The notes under the pieces were generated by a model. It worked only from the letters and a program-made list of their open reading frames with translations, did not search any database and was not told where the DNA came from. This document shows positions 9,579 to 19,575 of a stretch of DNA of 51,414 nt, piece after piece. A program made the position numbers and the translations under genes. Origin of the DNA: Gammaproteobacteria bacterium (GTDB lineage Bacteria; Pseudomonadota; Gammaproteobacteria; Steroidobacterales; Foliamicaceae); NCBI GenBank assembly GCA_007571315.1, contig RKRP01000133.1, positions 1 to 51,414 of the forward strand, given 5' to 3'. Each line of letters begins with the position of its first letter. Position 1 is the first letter of the stretch.

Positions 9579-9623
9579 GATTCCTAAAGCCTGTGTTCCA
9601 TGAATGAAGCGCGCGGGGGATGC

Positions 9624-10070
9624 CTAAGCCATCGCGCGGCGCAGGCGGGCCAGCAGGGCCCGTTGCTCGGTTTGGTTGCGCGTTGCTATAAAAATGGTGT
9701 CGTCGCCCGCCAATGTGGCCAGAACCTCCCGCCATCCGCTCCGGTCCAGAAACAGCGCAATGCGCTGCGCCGACCCGGTAGCGGTGCGCACGATGGCAAG
9801 GTGCGGGCCAGCCTGGTCCACGCCGCGTCCGTAGGCCGCCAGCGCCCCGCGGTCGCCGTCGGCTATATCGGAACGGTCAAGAGTGTAGGCGCCGTCCCGC
9901 TTTACCGCGCCGAGCTGGGACAGGTCGCGGCTTATGCAAGATTGGCTAACGCGGATGCCGCGCTCGGCCAGCAGTTCGCCCAATTCGGCCTGACTGCTCA
10001 CGCTGTAACTTCCAACGATGTCCGCGATCAATTCGTGGCGGCGGCTCGTCTGACTGGCGATGTTTTTCAT
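9624..10070 (-). CDS. argR: Arginine repressor
   Basis: SQAEL, VSQSCISRDL winged helix and TLAGDDTIF arginine-binding motif. Confidence 0.92.
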   Translation of the reverse strand: MKNIASQTSRRHELIADIVGSYSVSSQAELGELLAERGIRVSQSCISRDLSQLGAVKRDGAYTLDRSDIADGDRGALAAYGRGVDQAGPHLAIVRTATGSAQRIALFLDRSGWREVLATLAGDDTIFIATRNQTEQRALLARLRRAMA

Positions 10071-10099
10071 AAAATGCTCATAAAAGCACAATAGAGCGA

Positions 10100-10129
10100 A
10101 TAATATTTAGATCGGTGATTCCCTGTCAA
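10100..10129 (-). promoter_or_regulatory. Putative sigma70 promoter of the arg operon
   Basis: TTGACA-18 bp-TATTAT on the minus strand about 30 bp upstream of the argR ATG. Confidence 0.55.
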
Positions 10130-10279
10130 CGCCCTGTTTGGCGCCGTTGATCTCTTCGCGCTTTTTCATTTTCGTGTTTCCTCTTTAATTAGAACAGCGC
10201 ATTGGGACTTTTCAAAGCGTAAAATTATTAGAACTGCATTGCGCGGCATGGCAGCAAGCTGCGGGAAAGGAGTTTTGCG

Positions 10280-11437
10280 ATGATGGAGCAGTACAAGAGC
10301 GTCCCGGTTCGTCTGCCGGATAAGACCCCGGTCGATATCCTGACGATTCAAAGGCGGTTTAATCAAGGATTCAAGCGCGAAGATATTTTTCTCGACGTAT
10401 CCCCTGACGCATGTCTTATCAACGTTCGGGAAGTTGACATGCGAGAATTGCGGGCGACGGTTGGGGAGTTGATCGAAGAGCACGATACAACCGGCGCAAA
10501 GATGGTTTTGCGCGAGGCCTTGCAGGCCGTGGAGTCGATTCGGAGTTATGGACTCAAGGGACGCAAGCGACTTTTTGTCGGCTACAACAGCGAGCGCAAA
10601 GTTCGGCAGCGCCAAGACAAGGAAAAGCGCCGGGGGCGGCACTACTACGCCAACGATCATGCCTTCCCCAGGCAATCAAGCGAACCCCCGGCTGAATATC
10701 TGAACCGCATCGTGTGCGGCGACAGCAGCGAGGTGCTGAAGCGCCTGCCGGACAATTGCGTGGATATGGTGTTTACTTCGCCCCCATACAACTTCGGGCT
10801 GGAATACGGCGAAAGCCCGGACGACTATCAGTGGGAAAAGTATTACGAGAAGCTATTCAGCGTTTTTGACGAATGCATTCGGGTACTGAAGTTTGGCGGC
10901 AGAATCGCCGTAAATGTCCAGCCGCTGTTCTCGGACTACATACCGAGCCATCATGTTATCAGCAATTTCTTTATGCGCCGCAAGTTGGTCTGGAAGGGCG
11001 AGATCATGTGGGAGAAGAACAACTACAACTGCAAATACACGGCTTGGGGCAGTTGGAAGAGTCCCAGCAGTCCCTATCTCAAGTACACGTGGGAGTTCAT
11101 TGAAGTTTTTTGCAAGGGCAGTCTCAAAGCAGCAGGCAATGCGGCGGAGGCCGACATTACCGCCGACGAGTTCAAGCAGTGGGTAAATGCCCGGTGGAGC
11201 GTCGCGCCAGAGCGGAATATGCGGGAATACGGGCATCCCGCCATGTTTCCCGTTGAATTGGCGACTCGTGTTCTAAAGCTCTTTAGTTTCCGGGGCGCTT
11301 TTGTGCTTGACCCCTTTGCCGGTGTTGGCACTACAGCAATTGCCGCGAAAAACAGCGGCAGACGTTATCTGAACATAGATGTTTCTCGCGACTATTGCGA
11401 TGCAGCGAAGAAACGCCTGGCGGAGACGTTGCTGTAA
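10280..11437 (+). CDS. Site-specific DNA methyltransferase, beta class (N4-C/N6-A), with N-terminal extension
   Basis: TSPPY motif IV precedes HPAMFP and LDPFAGVGTT motif I; AGGAG RBS; lower GC than flanks. Confidence 0.9.
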   Translation: MMEQYKSVPVRLPDKTPVDILTIQRRFNQGFKREDIFLDVSPDACLINVREVDMRELRATVGELIEEHDTTGAKMVLREALQAVESIRSYGLKGRKRLFVGYNSERKVRQRQDKEKRRGRHYYANDHAFPRQSSEPPAEYLNRIVCGDSSEVLKRLPDNCVDMVFTSPPYNFGLEYGESPDDYQWEKYYEKLFSVFDECIRVLKFGGRIAVNVQPLFSDYIPSHHVISNFFMRRKLVWKGEIMWEKNNYNCKYTAWGSWKSPSSPYLKYTWEFIEVFCKGSLKAAGNAAEADITADEFKQWVNARWSVAPERNMREYGHPAMFPVELATRVLKLFSFRGAFVLDPFAGVGTTAIAAKNSGRRYLNIDVSRDYCDAAKKRLAETLL

Positions 11438-11454
11438 CTTATACCTGCGGTGCC

Positions 11455-12195
11455 ATGACTGAAGATCAGATGACAGAATGCCTTAAGGGCATCAGAGAGC
11501 ACTATCTGCGTGAAATTTGCGCCATGCAGCGCGAAACCCGGCCTGGAACCCTTCGTGCGCAGAAGGGCAAACTGGTCGAGGAGATAGCGAAAATGCTTGT
11601 TCGCGCAGCTTGGGAAAATCTTGGGCGCCCAAGCCAGACGCTTGAGTTCGGGAAAGGCAAGCACGATATTCCGCTCAACGAAGAATATCTGGGTCGTATT
11701 TCCCCGGATGAATTGCTGAATTCGATCAGGGAAAACAGGGCACAGTACGTTTACAAGCTCGGCTGCGATGTCCAGTGCTATCTGCATGGCAGTTTCGCCT
11801 TGGCCGTGGAATGCAAGTCATATACCGAAGTGGCCATGTTGAAGCGGGTATTGATCGACGCGACCCTTTTGAAAAAGAAATACCCGAACATCGAGTGTGT
11901 TCTGCTGCAGCTTGAGAGTCAATTGGGAGGCGACTATAAGTATGGGAGGTATCCTCCGAGAGGCAGCCCGAGTGCCCATACTGTCATGTCGCACTTCGAT
12001 GTTGACCTGACAATCATTACGCTATTGAAGGGCGAGCGCCGAGTGGATAAGCCGATTCATAAGAAGGGTAAGGAGTATTTCAAGGATTTGACGCTGGATT
12101 CCCTTCGCTCCGCCGTTGGCGAACTGGAGATAGTGCTCAGACGTTGCGGCCATCGTTTCCAGCAGGAAATTTTTATTGCCAGTGAGTCGAAATAG
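11455..12195 (+). CDS. Putative type II restriction endonuclease (PD-(D/E)XK)
   Basis: Directly after the MTase; D...AVECK catalytic-like motif; lower GC. Confidence 0.6.
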   Translation: MTEDQMTECLKGIREHYLREICAMQRETRPGTLRAQKGKLVEEIAKMLVRAAWENLGRPSQTLEFGKGKHDIPLNEEYLGRISPDELLNSIRENRAQYVYKLGCDVQCYLHGSFALAVECKSYTEVAMLKRVLIDATLLKKKYPNIECVLLQLESQLGGDYKYGRYPPRGSPSAHTVMSHFDVDLTIITLLKGERRVDKPIHKKGKEYFKDLTLDSLRSAVGELEIVLRRCGHRFQQEIFIASESK

Positions 12196-12255
12196 TGCTG
12201 AGTGCGTTTAGCCGCATCTTGGGGCAGGACCATCCTCGGGCGCTGCCGGGCGGAG

Positions 12256-12732
12256 TCAGCCGGGAGAGGCTGCTTGGCGGGAGGCGGCGGATAGCATGAA
12301 GCGGCCCCGGGCGGTGGCGGCAATCGCATCGTTGTCGTTCCGATGCGCCTGCGCTTCCATCTCCAGCATGCGCCCCCGGCGGCGCGCCAGGCGGCCTTGC
12401 AGCCTCAGGCTCACGCCCATTGGCACGGCATCGCGGTAGCGCACCTCGCAACGGGCGGTGTGCGCGCGCAGGCCCTGCAGAAAACTCCAGTTGGCCATTA
12501 CGTCGTCCAGCAGGGCGTAAAGAATCCCGCCGTGCAGTATGTTGCTGTAGCCAACATGCGTGGGCCCGGGCGTGAATTCCGCGCGGCAGATGAGTTGGCC
12601 GCCGCTTTCCTCCAGGCGGAACCGCACCTGCAAGCCCCCGGGATTGGATGGGCCGCAAACAAAGCAATGGTTGGCGGGGTCCCGCAGGTCGCCGGAATTC
12701 TTTTTCATGGATTGTGACTTCGCGCCCGCCAT
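12256..12732 (-). CDS. PaaI family thioesterase
   Basis: CFVCGPSNPGGL and HGGILYALLDDVM. Confidence 0.85.
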   Translation of the reverse strand: MAGAKSQSMKKNSGDLRDPANHCFVCGPSNPGGLQVRFRLEESGGQLICRAEFTPGPTHVGYSNILHGGILYALLDDVMANWSFLQGLRAHTARCEVRYRDAVPMGVSLRLQGRLARRRGRMLEMEAQAHRNDNDAIAATARGRFMLSAASRQAASPG

Positions 12733-12823
12733 GTGGTTTCTCTCAGCCGCCAGCGGCCTTGGTGCAACAGGCGGGCTGGGGCATGATTAGGAAAGACGGC
12801 GGAATGATATTCGGACTTGAGTC

Positions 12824-13258
12824 ATGACTTACGATCCAGGCAACGTTTTCGCGCGCATCCTCGCGGGCGAGGCGAAGTGCCACAGTGTTTACGAGGATGC
12901 GCGCGCGCTGGCGATCATGGACGTGATGCCGCGCGCCGACGGCCATGCCCTGGTGTTGCCGAAGGCGCAGGCGGCGGATTTTCTGTCGCTGCCGGGCGAG
13001 GCGCTGCCAGGCGTGTTCGCGGCCACTCAGCAGGTGGCGAAAGCGGTCAAGGAAGCGTTCGCGGCCGATGGCGTTCTGGTGAGAGTGCACAACGGCTCCG
13101 CCGCGGGTCAAGTGATATTTCACATGCATGTCCACGTAATTCCCTGCCATGAAGGCCGCCAGATGAAACCGCCGGGACATGCGTTTGCGGATGATAGTGC
13201 GCTCGCGGAGCACGCGCGGCTTATTCGTCAGGCGCTGGCGCGGCAAGCGGCGGGCTAG
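12824..13258 (+). CDS. HIT family hydrolase
   Basis: [19 protein letters not shown] and histidine triad HMHVH. Confidence 0.92.
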   Translation: MTYDPGNVFARILAGEAKCHSVYEDARALAIMDVMPRADGHALVLPKAQAADFLSLPGEALPGVFAATQQVAKAVKEAFAADGVLVRVHNGSAAGQVIFHMHVHVIPCHEGRQMKPPGHAFADDSALAEHARLIRQALARQAAG

Positions 13259-13269
13259 CAGCGCAAGCG

Positions 13270-14427
13270 ATGTCCGCCAGCCACCTCGATTGGCCGTTTT
13301 TCGGAACCCGGCATCGCGCGCGGGAGCAGGCGCTGGAAGAGTGGTGCGCGCAGCAGTCCTGGGCGCACGGCGAGTCGGGCGCGGAGCTGGATGCCTCCTG
13401 CAAGGAATTCGCCTTGCGCCTGGGAGAGGCTGGCTTTATCAGAATCGCGGTTCCCCGGCCGTATGGCGAAGACGCAAGCCTGGATGCTCGCAGCCTGTGC
13501 CTGATGCGGGAAACCCTGGCGCGCCACGAGCCTCTGGCGGATTTTGTCTATGCGATGCAGGTGCTGGGCAGCGCTCCTATCAGCCTGTTCGGCAGCCGCA
13601 GCCAAAAGGATGCCTGGCTTGAAGATGTGGCCGCCGGGCGCAAGATTGCCGCGTTCGCGCTCTCCGAAGCGGAGGCGGGCTCCGACGTTGCCGCCATTTC
13701 CACTCGCGCCGAGCCGCGCGATGGCGGCTACGTGCTCAACGGCGCCAAGGCCTGGATTTCAAACGCCGGGGTGGCGGACTTCTACGTGGTGTTCGCCAAA
13801 ACCGGCGAGGGCGCGCGAAGCGTAAGCGCGTTTATCGTGCCAGCGGAAACGCCAGGGCTGGAGATTAGCGAAAGAACGCCGGTTATGGCGGCGCATCCGC
13901 TGGGCAGCCTGCGCTTCACGAACTGCCGGGCGGCGGCGGATTCCATGCTGGGCGAACCGGGCGACGGACTGCGGGTGGCGCTTGGAACCCTGGACCTGTG
14001 CCGCTCCACGGTGGGAGCGGCGGCGCTGGGCATGGCGCGCCGCGCATATGCCGAGGCTCTGCAAAGGTCCCGCCGCCGCCGATTGTTCGGCGGCCGTCTG
14101 GCGGACCTGCAACTTACGCAGGCTGCCCTTGCGGACATGGCCACCGCCGTGGATGCTTCGGCGCTGCTGATTTACCGGGCGGCGTGGCTGCGGGATTCAG
14201 GGCAGCCGCGCATTACCCGCGAGGCCTCCATGGCCAAGCTGTTCGCCACCGAGCAGGCGCAAAAGGTTATCGATCGCGCCGTGCAGCTTTTTGGCGGCGA
14301 AGGAGTGCGCGCGGGCTCGCTTGTCGAGCGCCTGTACCGCGAAATCCGTGCGCTCAGGATCTACGAGGGGGCAAGTGAAATCCAGCAACTGCTGATTGCC
14401 CGCCACGAGTTGCGCGAAAAAGAATAG
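13270..14427 (+). CDS. Acyl-CoA dehydrogenase
   Basis: [21 protein letters not shown] and [10 protein letters not shown]. Confidence 0.92.
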   Translation: MSASHLDWPFFGTRHRAREQALEEWCAQQSWAHGESGAELDASCKEFALRLGEAGFIRIAVPRPYGEDASLDARSLCLMRETLARHEPLADFVYAMQVLGSAPISLFGSRSQKDAWLEDVAAGRKIAAFALSEAEAGSDVAAISTRAEPRDGGYVLNGAKAWISNAGVADFYVVFAKTGEGARSVSAFIVPAETPGLEISERTPVMAAHPLGSLRFTNCRAAADSMLGEPGDGLRVALGTLDLCRSTVGAAALGMARRAYAEALQRSRRRRLFGGRLADLQLTQAALADMATAVDASALLIYRAAWLRDSGQPRITREASMAKLFATEQAQKVIDRAVQLFGGEGVRAGSLVERLYREIRALRIYEGASEIQQLLIARHELREKE

Positions 14428-14463
14428 GCAGAGTGGGGCGCGCCTTTATTCAGGCATCCGGCG

Positions 14464-15342
14464 TTATTCGCTGTCCGCGGCGCAACGGAAACCCAGGTTG
14501 TTGAGCCCGGAATCGGGCGGAGTCATCATCCGCGCGGCCAGGCGGTAGCCCCGGCAGTAGTTTTCGCTGCATAGCCAACTGCCGCCGCGGTGGACTTTTT
14601 GCGTTCCGCGGTCCGGGCCGCGTGGATTGCGGGCGGGCGAGTTGGCGAAATAACCGGGCGCGTACCAGTCGTGAACCCACTCCCACACATTGCCCGTCAT
14701 ATCGTAGAGTCCATATCCATTGGGCGGAAATTGCCCTGCGGGCGCGAGGCCCGGGTAGCCGTCCAGCGCCCGGTCCTGGTAGGGAAATTGACCCTGCCAC
14801 AGGTTCGCCTGATGCATGCCCCCGGGCGCCAGTTCGTTGCCCCATGCATAGCGTGTGTTCCTGGCCCCGCCGCGGGCGGCATACTCGAACTCGGCCTCAG
14901 TAGGAAGGCGGGCGCCTCGCCAGGCGCAATAGGAAGCGGCATCGTCCCACGAGAGATGCACCGCCGGAAATTCCGGCATGTCTTCATGCGAGGAACCCGG
15001 GCCATTGGGATGCCGCCAGTTGGCGCCGTCGCTCCTGGTCCATTGGCTGAGCGCGGGTTCAAACACGCCCGACCACCCCAGCCTTTCGGATTCGGTAACG
15101 TGGCCAGTCGTTTCGGCAAACCGGGCGAACTGGGCGTTGGTGACCTCGCGCGCATCAATATAGAAGGAATCCACCACCACCCTGTGCGCCGGCCCCTCGT
15201 GCGGCAGTCCATTGTCCGTGCCCATAATGAACTCGCCTCCGCGGATGAGCCGCATTTCGGGGGCATGCGCCGGCTCCCGGGAGCTGCAACCCGCGCATAA
15301 AACAACCCACAGGGTCAGCGCCGCAGCCGTGAACTTGCGCAT
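14464..15342 (-). CDS. Formylglycine-generating enzyme (SUMF1/FGE-sulfatase) family lipoprotein
   Basis: RLPTEAEFEYAARGG, GLYDMTGNVWEW, RGGSWLCSENYC and GFRC; lipobox-like LCAGC. Confidence 0.9.
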   Translation of the reverse strand: MRKFTAAALTLWVVLCAGCSSREPAHAPEMRLIRGGEFIMGTDNGLPHEGPAHRVVVDSFYIDAREVTNAQFARFAETTGHVTESERLGWSGVFEPALSQWTRSDGANWRHPNGPGSSHEDMPEFPAVHLSWDDAASYCAWRGARLPTEAEFEYAARGGARNTRYAWGNELAPGGMHQANLWQGQFPYQDRALDGYPGLAPAGQFPPNGYGLYDMTGNVWEWVHDWYAPGYFANSPARNPRGPDRGTQKVHRGGSWLCSENYCRGYRLAARMMTPPDSGLNNLGFRCAADSE

Positions 15343-15416
15343 AGGTCCTATTATAGAAAGCGGTTGTTCCGTTTGTTTTTTGGCGCCGCCGCGCTGTCCC
15401 GCCGGGCATTGATTCC

Positions 15417-17528
15417 ATGCAAGCAATTTTGATCGCAGCGTTTGCGCTGTTTTTTCTGCCCGGCGCTTTTGCCGTGGCGCAAACGCCTGCCGCAGGGGAT
15501 CAAGCGCAAGGCTGGCAGGCGCAACGCTCCTCTAGCCGCGCCGCGCTTGAGGAAATCGTGGTGACCGCCCGGCGCCGGGCGACAGCCGCCCGCAGCGTCG
15601 CCCGCAGCCTTACTGCCCTGGGCCTGGAGGATGCAGGCCCGTTTCTGGGCCAGACGCATGTGCAGGAGGTGCTGGCGCGGGTTCCGGGCGTGAACCCGCA
15701 AAGGGGCAGCGGCCAGGAGTACCTGCCCGCCCTGCGTTCGCCGGTGCTCACTGGCCCCGGCGCTTGCGGCGCTCTTCTTGCCGCGGAAGACGGCATACCG
15801 CTTACTTCGCCGGGATTCTGCAACATCAACGAGCTGTTCTTCGCTCACCACGAAGCCGCCTCGCGGGTGGAGGTTCTGAGAGGCCCCGGCGCCGCGGTTC
15901 ATGGCGGCAACGCCCTGCACGGCGTAGTGAACGTCATTACGGCGAGTCCTGGCGCTTCGTCCGAGGCTGGATTGGAACTGGGGGCGCATGGGTTTTCCCG
16001 TTTTCAACTTGATTTTCCGGGCCGCTCCGGCTTTGGCATCAAGCTCACGGGAACGCGCGACGGCGGCTTTCGCGAGAACTCCGGCTACCGCCAGCTCAAG
16101 TTCACCGGCTTCGGAACGGGGGGGGAAGGCCGCTGGAACTGGACCGCGGCCGCGGCCGCAAGCGGCTTGGACCAGGACACGGCGGGCTACGTAACCGGCC
16201 TCAACAGCTACCGGGACCCGGTCGCCGCCCGCTCCAACCCGGACCCCGAGGCCTTTCGCAGAGCCATCAATTTGCGTGCGCACTCGCGCCTGGAGCACAG
16301 CCGCGGAGAAGCGCTGACACTGGTTGTAACGCCCTATGCGCGCTACTCGCGCATGCGCTTTCGAATGCACTTTCTTCCGGGCGATCCGTACGAAAGCAAC
16401 CATCACGGCGGCGTGGGCCTGCAAGCGGCCGCCTATCTGGATGCCCCCGCGGGGTCGCTGGCTGCCGGGATGGATGCGGAATACGCCAGGGGGGGGTTAA
16501 GGCAATGGCAGGAGAACGACACGGCCGGCAGCGCATTCGCCCGCGAGGTGTTCCCGCGGGGCGAGCACTATGATTACCGCGTGGGGGCGCTGTGGCTGGC
16601 GCCGTTCGCTCAGTTCGATCTTCCCCTGGGCGAGCGGTGGACGGTTAGCGCCGGGGCCCGCTATGAGCGGGCCCGCTATGACTACCGAACCCGGTTGCCC
16701 GCCGGACGAACCCGCGACGACTTGAGTGTTTGCGGCTTTGGGGGTTGCCGCTACAGCCGGCCGGCCGACCGCGACGATACCTTTACGGCTCTATCGCCCA
16801 AGCTGAGCCTCATGTGGCGGCCCAGCCTGGCCCGCCGCGCCTGGCTGAGCTTCGCGCACGGGTTTCGCATGCCCCAGGCCACGGAGTTGTACCGCCTGCA
16901 AGGGCAGCAGACCACGGCCGAATTGCGCCCGGAGCATGTTCGCGCCGCGGAACTGGGGCTTGCCTTTCGCTTTGCGGCAGGGCGCGCGGGCGCGCAACTG
17001 GTGGCGTACCACATGCGCAAGAGGGATGTGCTGTTTCGCGACGCGGAATTGTTCAACCGCGCGGGCGGCGGCACCCGGCACGATGGCCTGGAGGCGGATT
17101 TCAGTTGGCCGCTGAGCGGAACGGTGACGCTGGAATTGACCGCCAGCCTGGCGCGCCATCGCTACGACCGCGACTTCACGCTGGCGGGTGTCAACCTCAG
17201 GGGGCTGGACGTGGACACGGCGCCGCGGCGGTTCGGCGGGGTCCGCATCCGCTGGCAGGATGCGGACAGGCGCGCGGTGGAACTTGAATGCCTGTGGACC
17301 GGGGCTTACTTTCTGGAGCCGCAGAACCTCCGCCGCTACTCGGGGCACGAGCTGTTCAACCTGCGCGCCAGCATGGCTCTTGGCGATCGGCTGACGGCCT
17401 ACCTGAGGCTGCTGAACCTTACCGGCCGGGCCTACGCGGACCGCGCCGACTACACGGTATTCAGCAGCGAGCGCTACTTTCCCGGCGCGCCGCGCTCCCT
17501 GTATCTGGGGCTGCGGTGGCGCTGGTGA
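15417..17528 (+). CDS. TonB-dependent receptor
   Basis: Signal peptide, EEIVVTAR TonB box, RVEVLRGP plug motif, C-terminal aromatic beta-signal. Confidence 0.92.
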   Translation: MQAILIAAFALFFLPGAFAVAQTPAAGDQAQGWQAQRSSSRAALEEIVVTARRRATAARSVARSLTALGLEDAGPFLGQTHVQEVLARVPGVNPQRGSGQEYLPALRSPVLTGPGACGALLAAEDGIPLTSPGFCNINELFFAHHEAASRVEVLRGPGAAVHGGNALHGVVNVITASPGASSEAGLELGAHGFSRFQLDFPGRSGFGIKLTGTRDGGFRENSGYRQLKFTGFGTGGEGRWNWTAAAAASGLDQDTAGYVTGLNSYRDPVAARSNPDPEAFRRAINLRAHSRLEHSRGEALTLVVTPYARYSRMRFRMHFLPGDPYESNHHGGVGLQAAAYLDAPAGSLAAGMDAEYARGGLRQWQENDTAGSAFAREVFPRGEHYDYRVGALWLAPFAQFDLPLGERWTVSAGARYERARYDYRTRLPAGRTRDDLSVCGFGGCRYSRPADRDDTFTALSPKLSLMWRPSLARRAWLSFAHGFRMPQATELYRLQGQQTTAELRPEHVRAAELGLAFRFAAGRAGAQLVAYHMRKRDVLFRDAELFNRAGGGTRHDGLEADFSWPLSGTVTLELTASLARHRYDRDFTLAGVNLRGLDVDTAPRRFGGVRIRWQDADRRAVELECLWTGAYFLEPQNLRRYSGHELFNLRASMALGDRLTAYLRLLNLTGRAYADRADYTVFSSERYFPGAPRSLYLGLRWRW

Positions 17529-17548
17529 AAGGGCGGACTCAGCGCCCG

Positions 17549-17899
17549 CTATTCCTCAGCGTCCGCTATCCACTCGCCGCCCTGAAAACCGCAGCCGATT
17601 TCAAGCGCGAAGGAATCGCCGGTGTAGTAATGCAGCTTTGAATCGCCTAGGTCGCAAACGCCCACGGTGTCCCGCTCGGCGTCGCATTCTTCGCCCGCCG
17701 CGAAAGAGGCATCGTGGTTGTCGTCGGTTTCGCCCATTTCTGCGCACCGGGCTTCCGTTATCGGCGCCTGGCACACGTCAAAAGGCCCGGCGAACATGTT
17801 TTCCTGGACGTAAGTGCAGGCCCCGGCCACCTCCTCATCGCCCATCGCAGCGCTCATCAGGACGAGAATCAGGCCCGGTAAAAGGCGGATGGTTTTCAT
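17549..17899 (-). CDS. Small secreted acidic six-cysteine protein, hypothetical
   Basis: Signal peptide MKTIRLLPGLILVLMSAAMG, six Cys, Asp/Glu rich, purine-rich RBS. Confidence 0.65.
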   Translation of the reverse strand: MKTIRLLPGLILVLMSAAMGDEEVAGACTYVQENMFAGPFDVCQAPITEARCAEMGETDDNHDASFAAGEECDAERDTVGVCDLGDSKLHYYTGDSFALEIGCGFQGGEWIADAEE

Positions 17900-18002
17900 G
17901 ATTTTGCCCCTTTTCAAAAACGCCGGGAATGATAAACCACCCCTCTGATATGCTAACGGGAGTGGGCGGCGCAATCGCCGCGGGGCGAACGGGGGCCAGC
18001 CT

Positions 18003-19424
18003 GTGTGGAAGAAAAAAAACGAGCATGACCGGCTCGCCGGAGTTCAGCTTCCCATTCCCACGCAGATCGTTTCCAACGAGGAGTACCTGCCAACGCCGCA
18101 GACGCCGGAGCAGCGCAAGGTGGAACTGCTGCTCAAGGAGTGGTCTGCTCAACGCAGCCGGGCGCTGGGGTTGTCGCGGCGCGAGTTCCTGGCCGGAAGC
18201 TGCGGAATGGCGATGGCCTTTATGGCAATGAACGAGGTGTTCGGCCCTTGGTTCCACGTGCATGCGGCGGAAGCCTGCGAGCTGGAGGCCTACCCGGAGC
18301 TATGGCCCAAAACCTCGTTCATTTTCGACGTGCAGACGCACCATGTGCGCACCGGCGGCATGGAGCCGCTGTTCTTCCGCAAGCTCTCCGCCCCCTTCAA
18401 CAAGGAACTGGCCGGCGTGGAGCCGCAGAAGGGCGACCTGCAATTCCGCAATTTCATCAAGGAAGTCTTTTTCGACAGCGATACGCAGGTGGCGGTTATC
18501 AGCGGCGTGGCTTCCAACCTGTTCAACGTGCTGAACTCCGACGAGATGGTGGAGGGCCGCGAGCGCATCAACGCCATGGCGGGGTCGCAGAGGCTGCTCG
18601 CGCACGGCCTGGTGGCGCCGTTCTTCCCGAATTTTCTGGAGGAGACGGAGCGCATGGCGCTGGATCTGAAGGTGGATTCATGGAAGTTCTATCCCGGCGT
18701 GGTGGAGCGCAAGGACGAGTTCCCGTTCTGGATGGACGACGAGGAGTTGATGTATCCGTTCTACGAGAAGATTCTCGGCCACGGCATGAATCTGGTTTGC
18801 GTGCACAAGGGCCTGCCGCTGCCAGGCAGCAGCCTGGAGCACAACCATCCGCGCGACATCGAGAAGGCGGCGCGCGACCACCCGGACATCAACTTCATCA
18901 TCTATCACTCCGGCTTCAGGGCGGCAAATTACGAACTGCCTCCAGGCGACGGCTACGTGCAGGAGGGCGGCTACCTGCCCTGGACCACCGACTTGGCGCG
19001 CATGCGCGAAGCCAACCCCAACATGACGAACGTGTATATGGAACTGGGCACCACCTTCGGCCACACGGTTATTACCCATCCCAACGTGTGCGCGCATTTC
19101 CTGGGCCAGATTCTCAAGGCGTACGGGGCCGACCACGTGATATGGGGCACGGATGCCATCTGGTGGGGGTCGCCGCAATGGCAGATTGAGGCTTTCCGCC
19201 GCTTCCGGATGCCCGAGGCCCTGCAGGAGGAATACGGCTATCCTGATCTCACCACAGAGGACAAGGAAAAAATCCTGGGTTTGAACGCTGCCCGCTTGTA
19301 CGGCATCGACCCCGACGCGGCGCGCAAGGCGCTGCCGGCGGACGGGCTTTCACAACTGAAGAACTGGTACGGCCACGAAGGCGGGCAACCCAGCAACACG
19401 CAATACGGCTGGATCAAGGCCTGA
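18003..19424 (+). CDS. Amidohydrolase_2 family metal-dependent hydrolase with internal Tat-like motif
   Basis: DVQTH, CVHKG, IYHSG and WGTD metal ligands; SRREFL motif. Confidence 0.85.
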   Translation: MWKKKNEHDRLAGVQLPIPTQIVSNEEYLPTPQTPEQRKVELLLKEWSAQRSRALGLSRREFLAGSCGMAMAFMAMNEVFGPWFHVHAAEACELEAYPELWPKTSFIFDVQTHHVRTGGMEPLFFRKLSAPFNKELAGVEPQKGDLQFRNFIKEVFFDSDTQVAVISGVASNLFNVLNSDEMVEGRERINAMAGSQRLLAHGLVAPFFPNFLEETERMALDLKVDSWKFYPGVVERKDEFPFWMDDEELMYPFYEKILGHGMNLVCVHKGLPLPGSSLEHNHPRDIEKAARDHPDINFIIYHSGFRAANYELPPGDGYVQEGGYLPWTTDLARMREANPNMTNVYMELGTTFGHTVITHPNVCAHFLGQILKAYGADHVIWGTDAIWWGSPQWQIEAFRRFRMPEALQEEYGYPDLTTEDKEKILGLNAARLYGIDPDAARKALPADGLSQLKNWYGHEGGQPSNTQYGWIKA

Positions 19425-19434
19425 GCGCAAGCCC

Positions 19435-19572
19435 TTCGATTTTTGGTTTGGGCGGCCCCGTCCCTGTCCTCTGCGGAGCGTCGGCGGCAGGACAGCCGCC
19501 GCCGAGCCCCAGGGGTGGGTTCGTGCGTCTCCGCAGAGGACAGGAGCGGGGCCATTCAAACCAAAAATCGAA
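19435..19572. repeat. Intergenic palindromic element with conserved 50-nt core (copy 1)
   Basis: Imperfect ~44-bp inverted arms around CGTCGGCGGCAGGACAGCCGCCGCCGAGCCCCAGGGGTGGGTTCGTGCGT; between convergent genes. Confidence 0.85.
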
Positions 19573-19575
19573 AAG

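Noticed and set aside
10066-10110. ARG boxes upstream of argR
   Set aside because: AT-rich with a short GC(A)TTTTATGA direct repeat, but no convincing TGAAT-N4-ATTCA palindrome; cannot be supported without a matrix.
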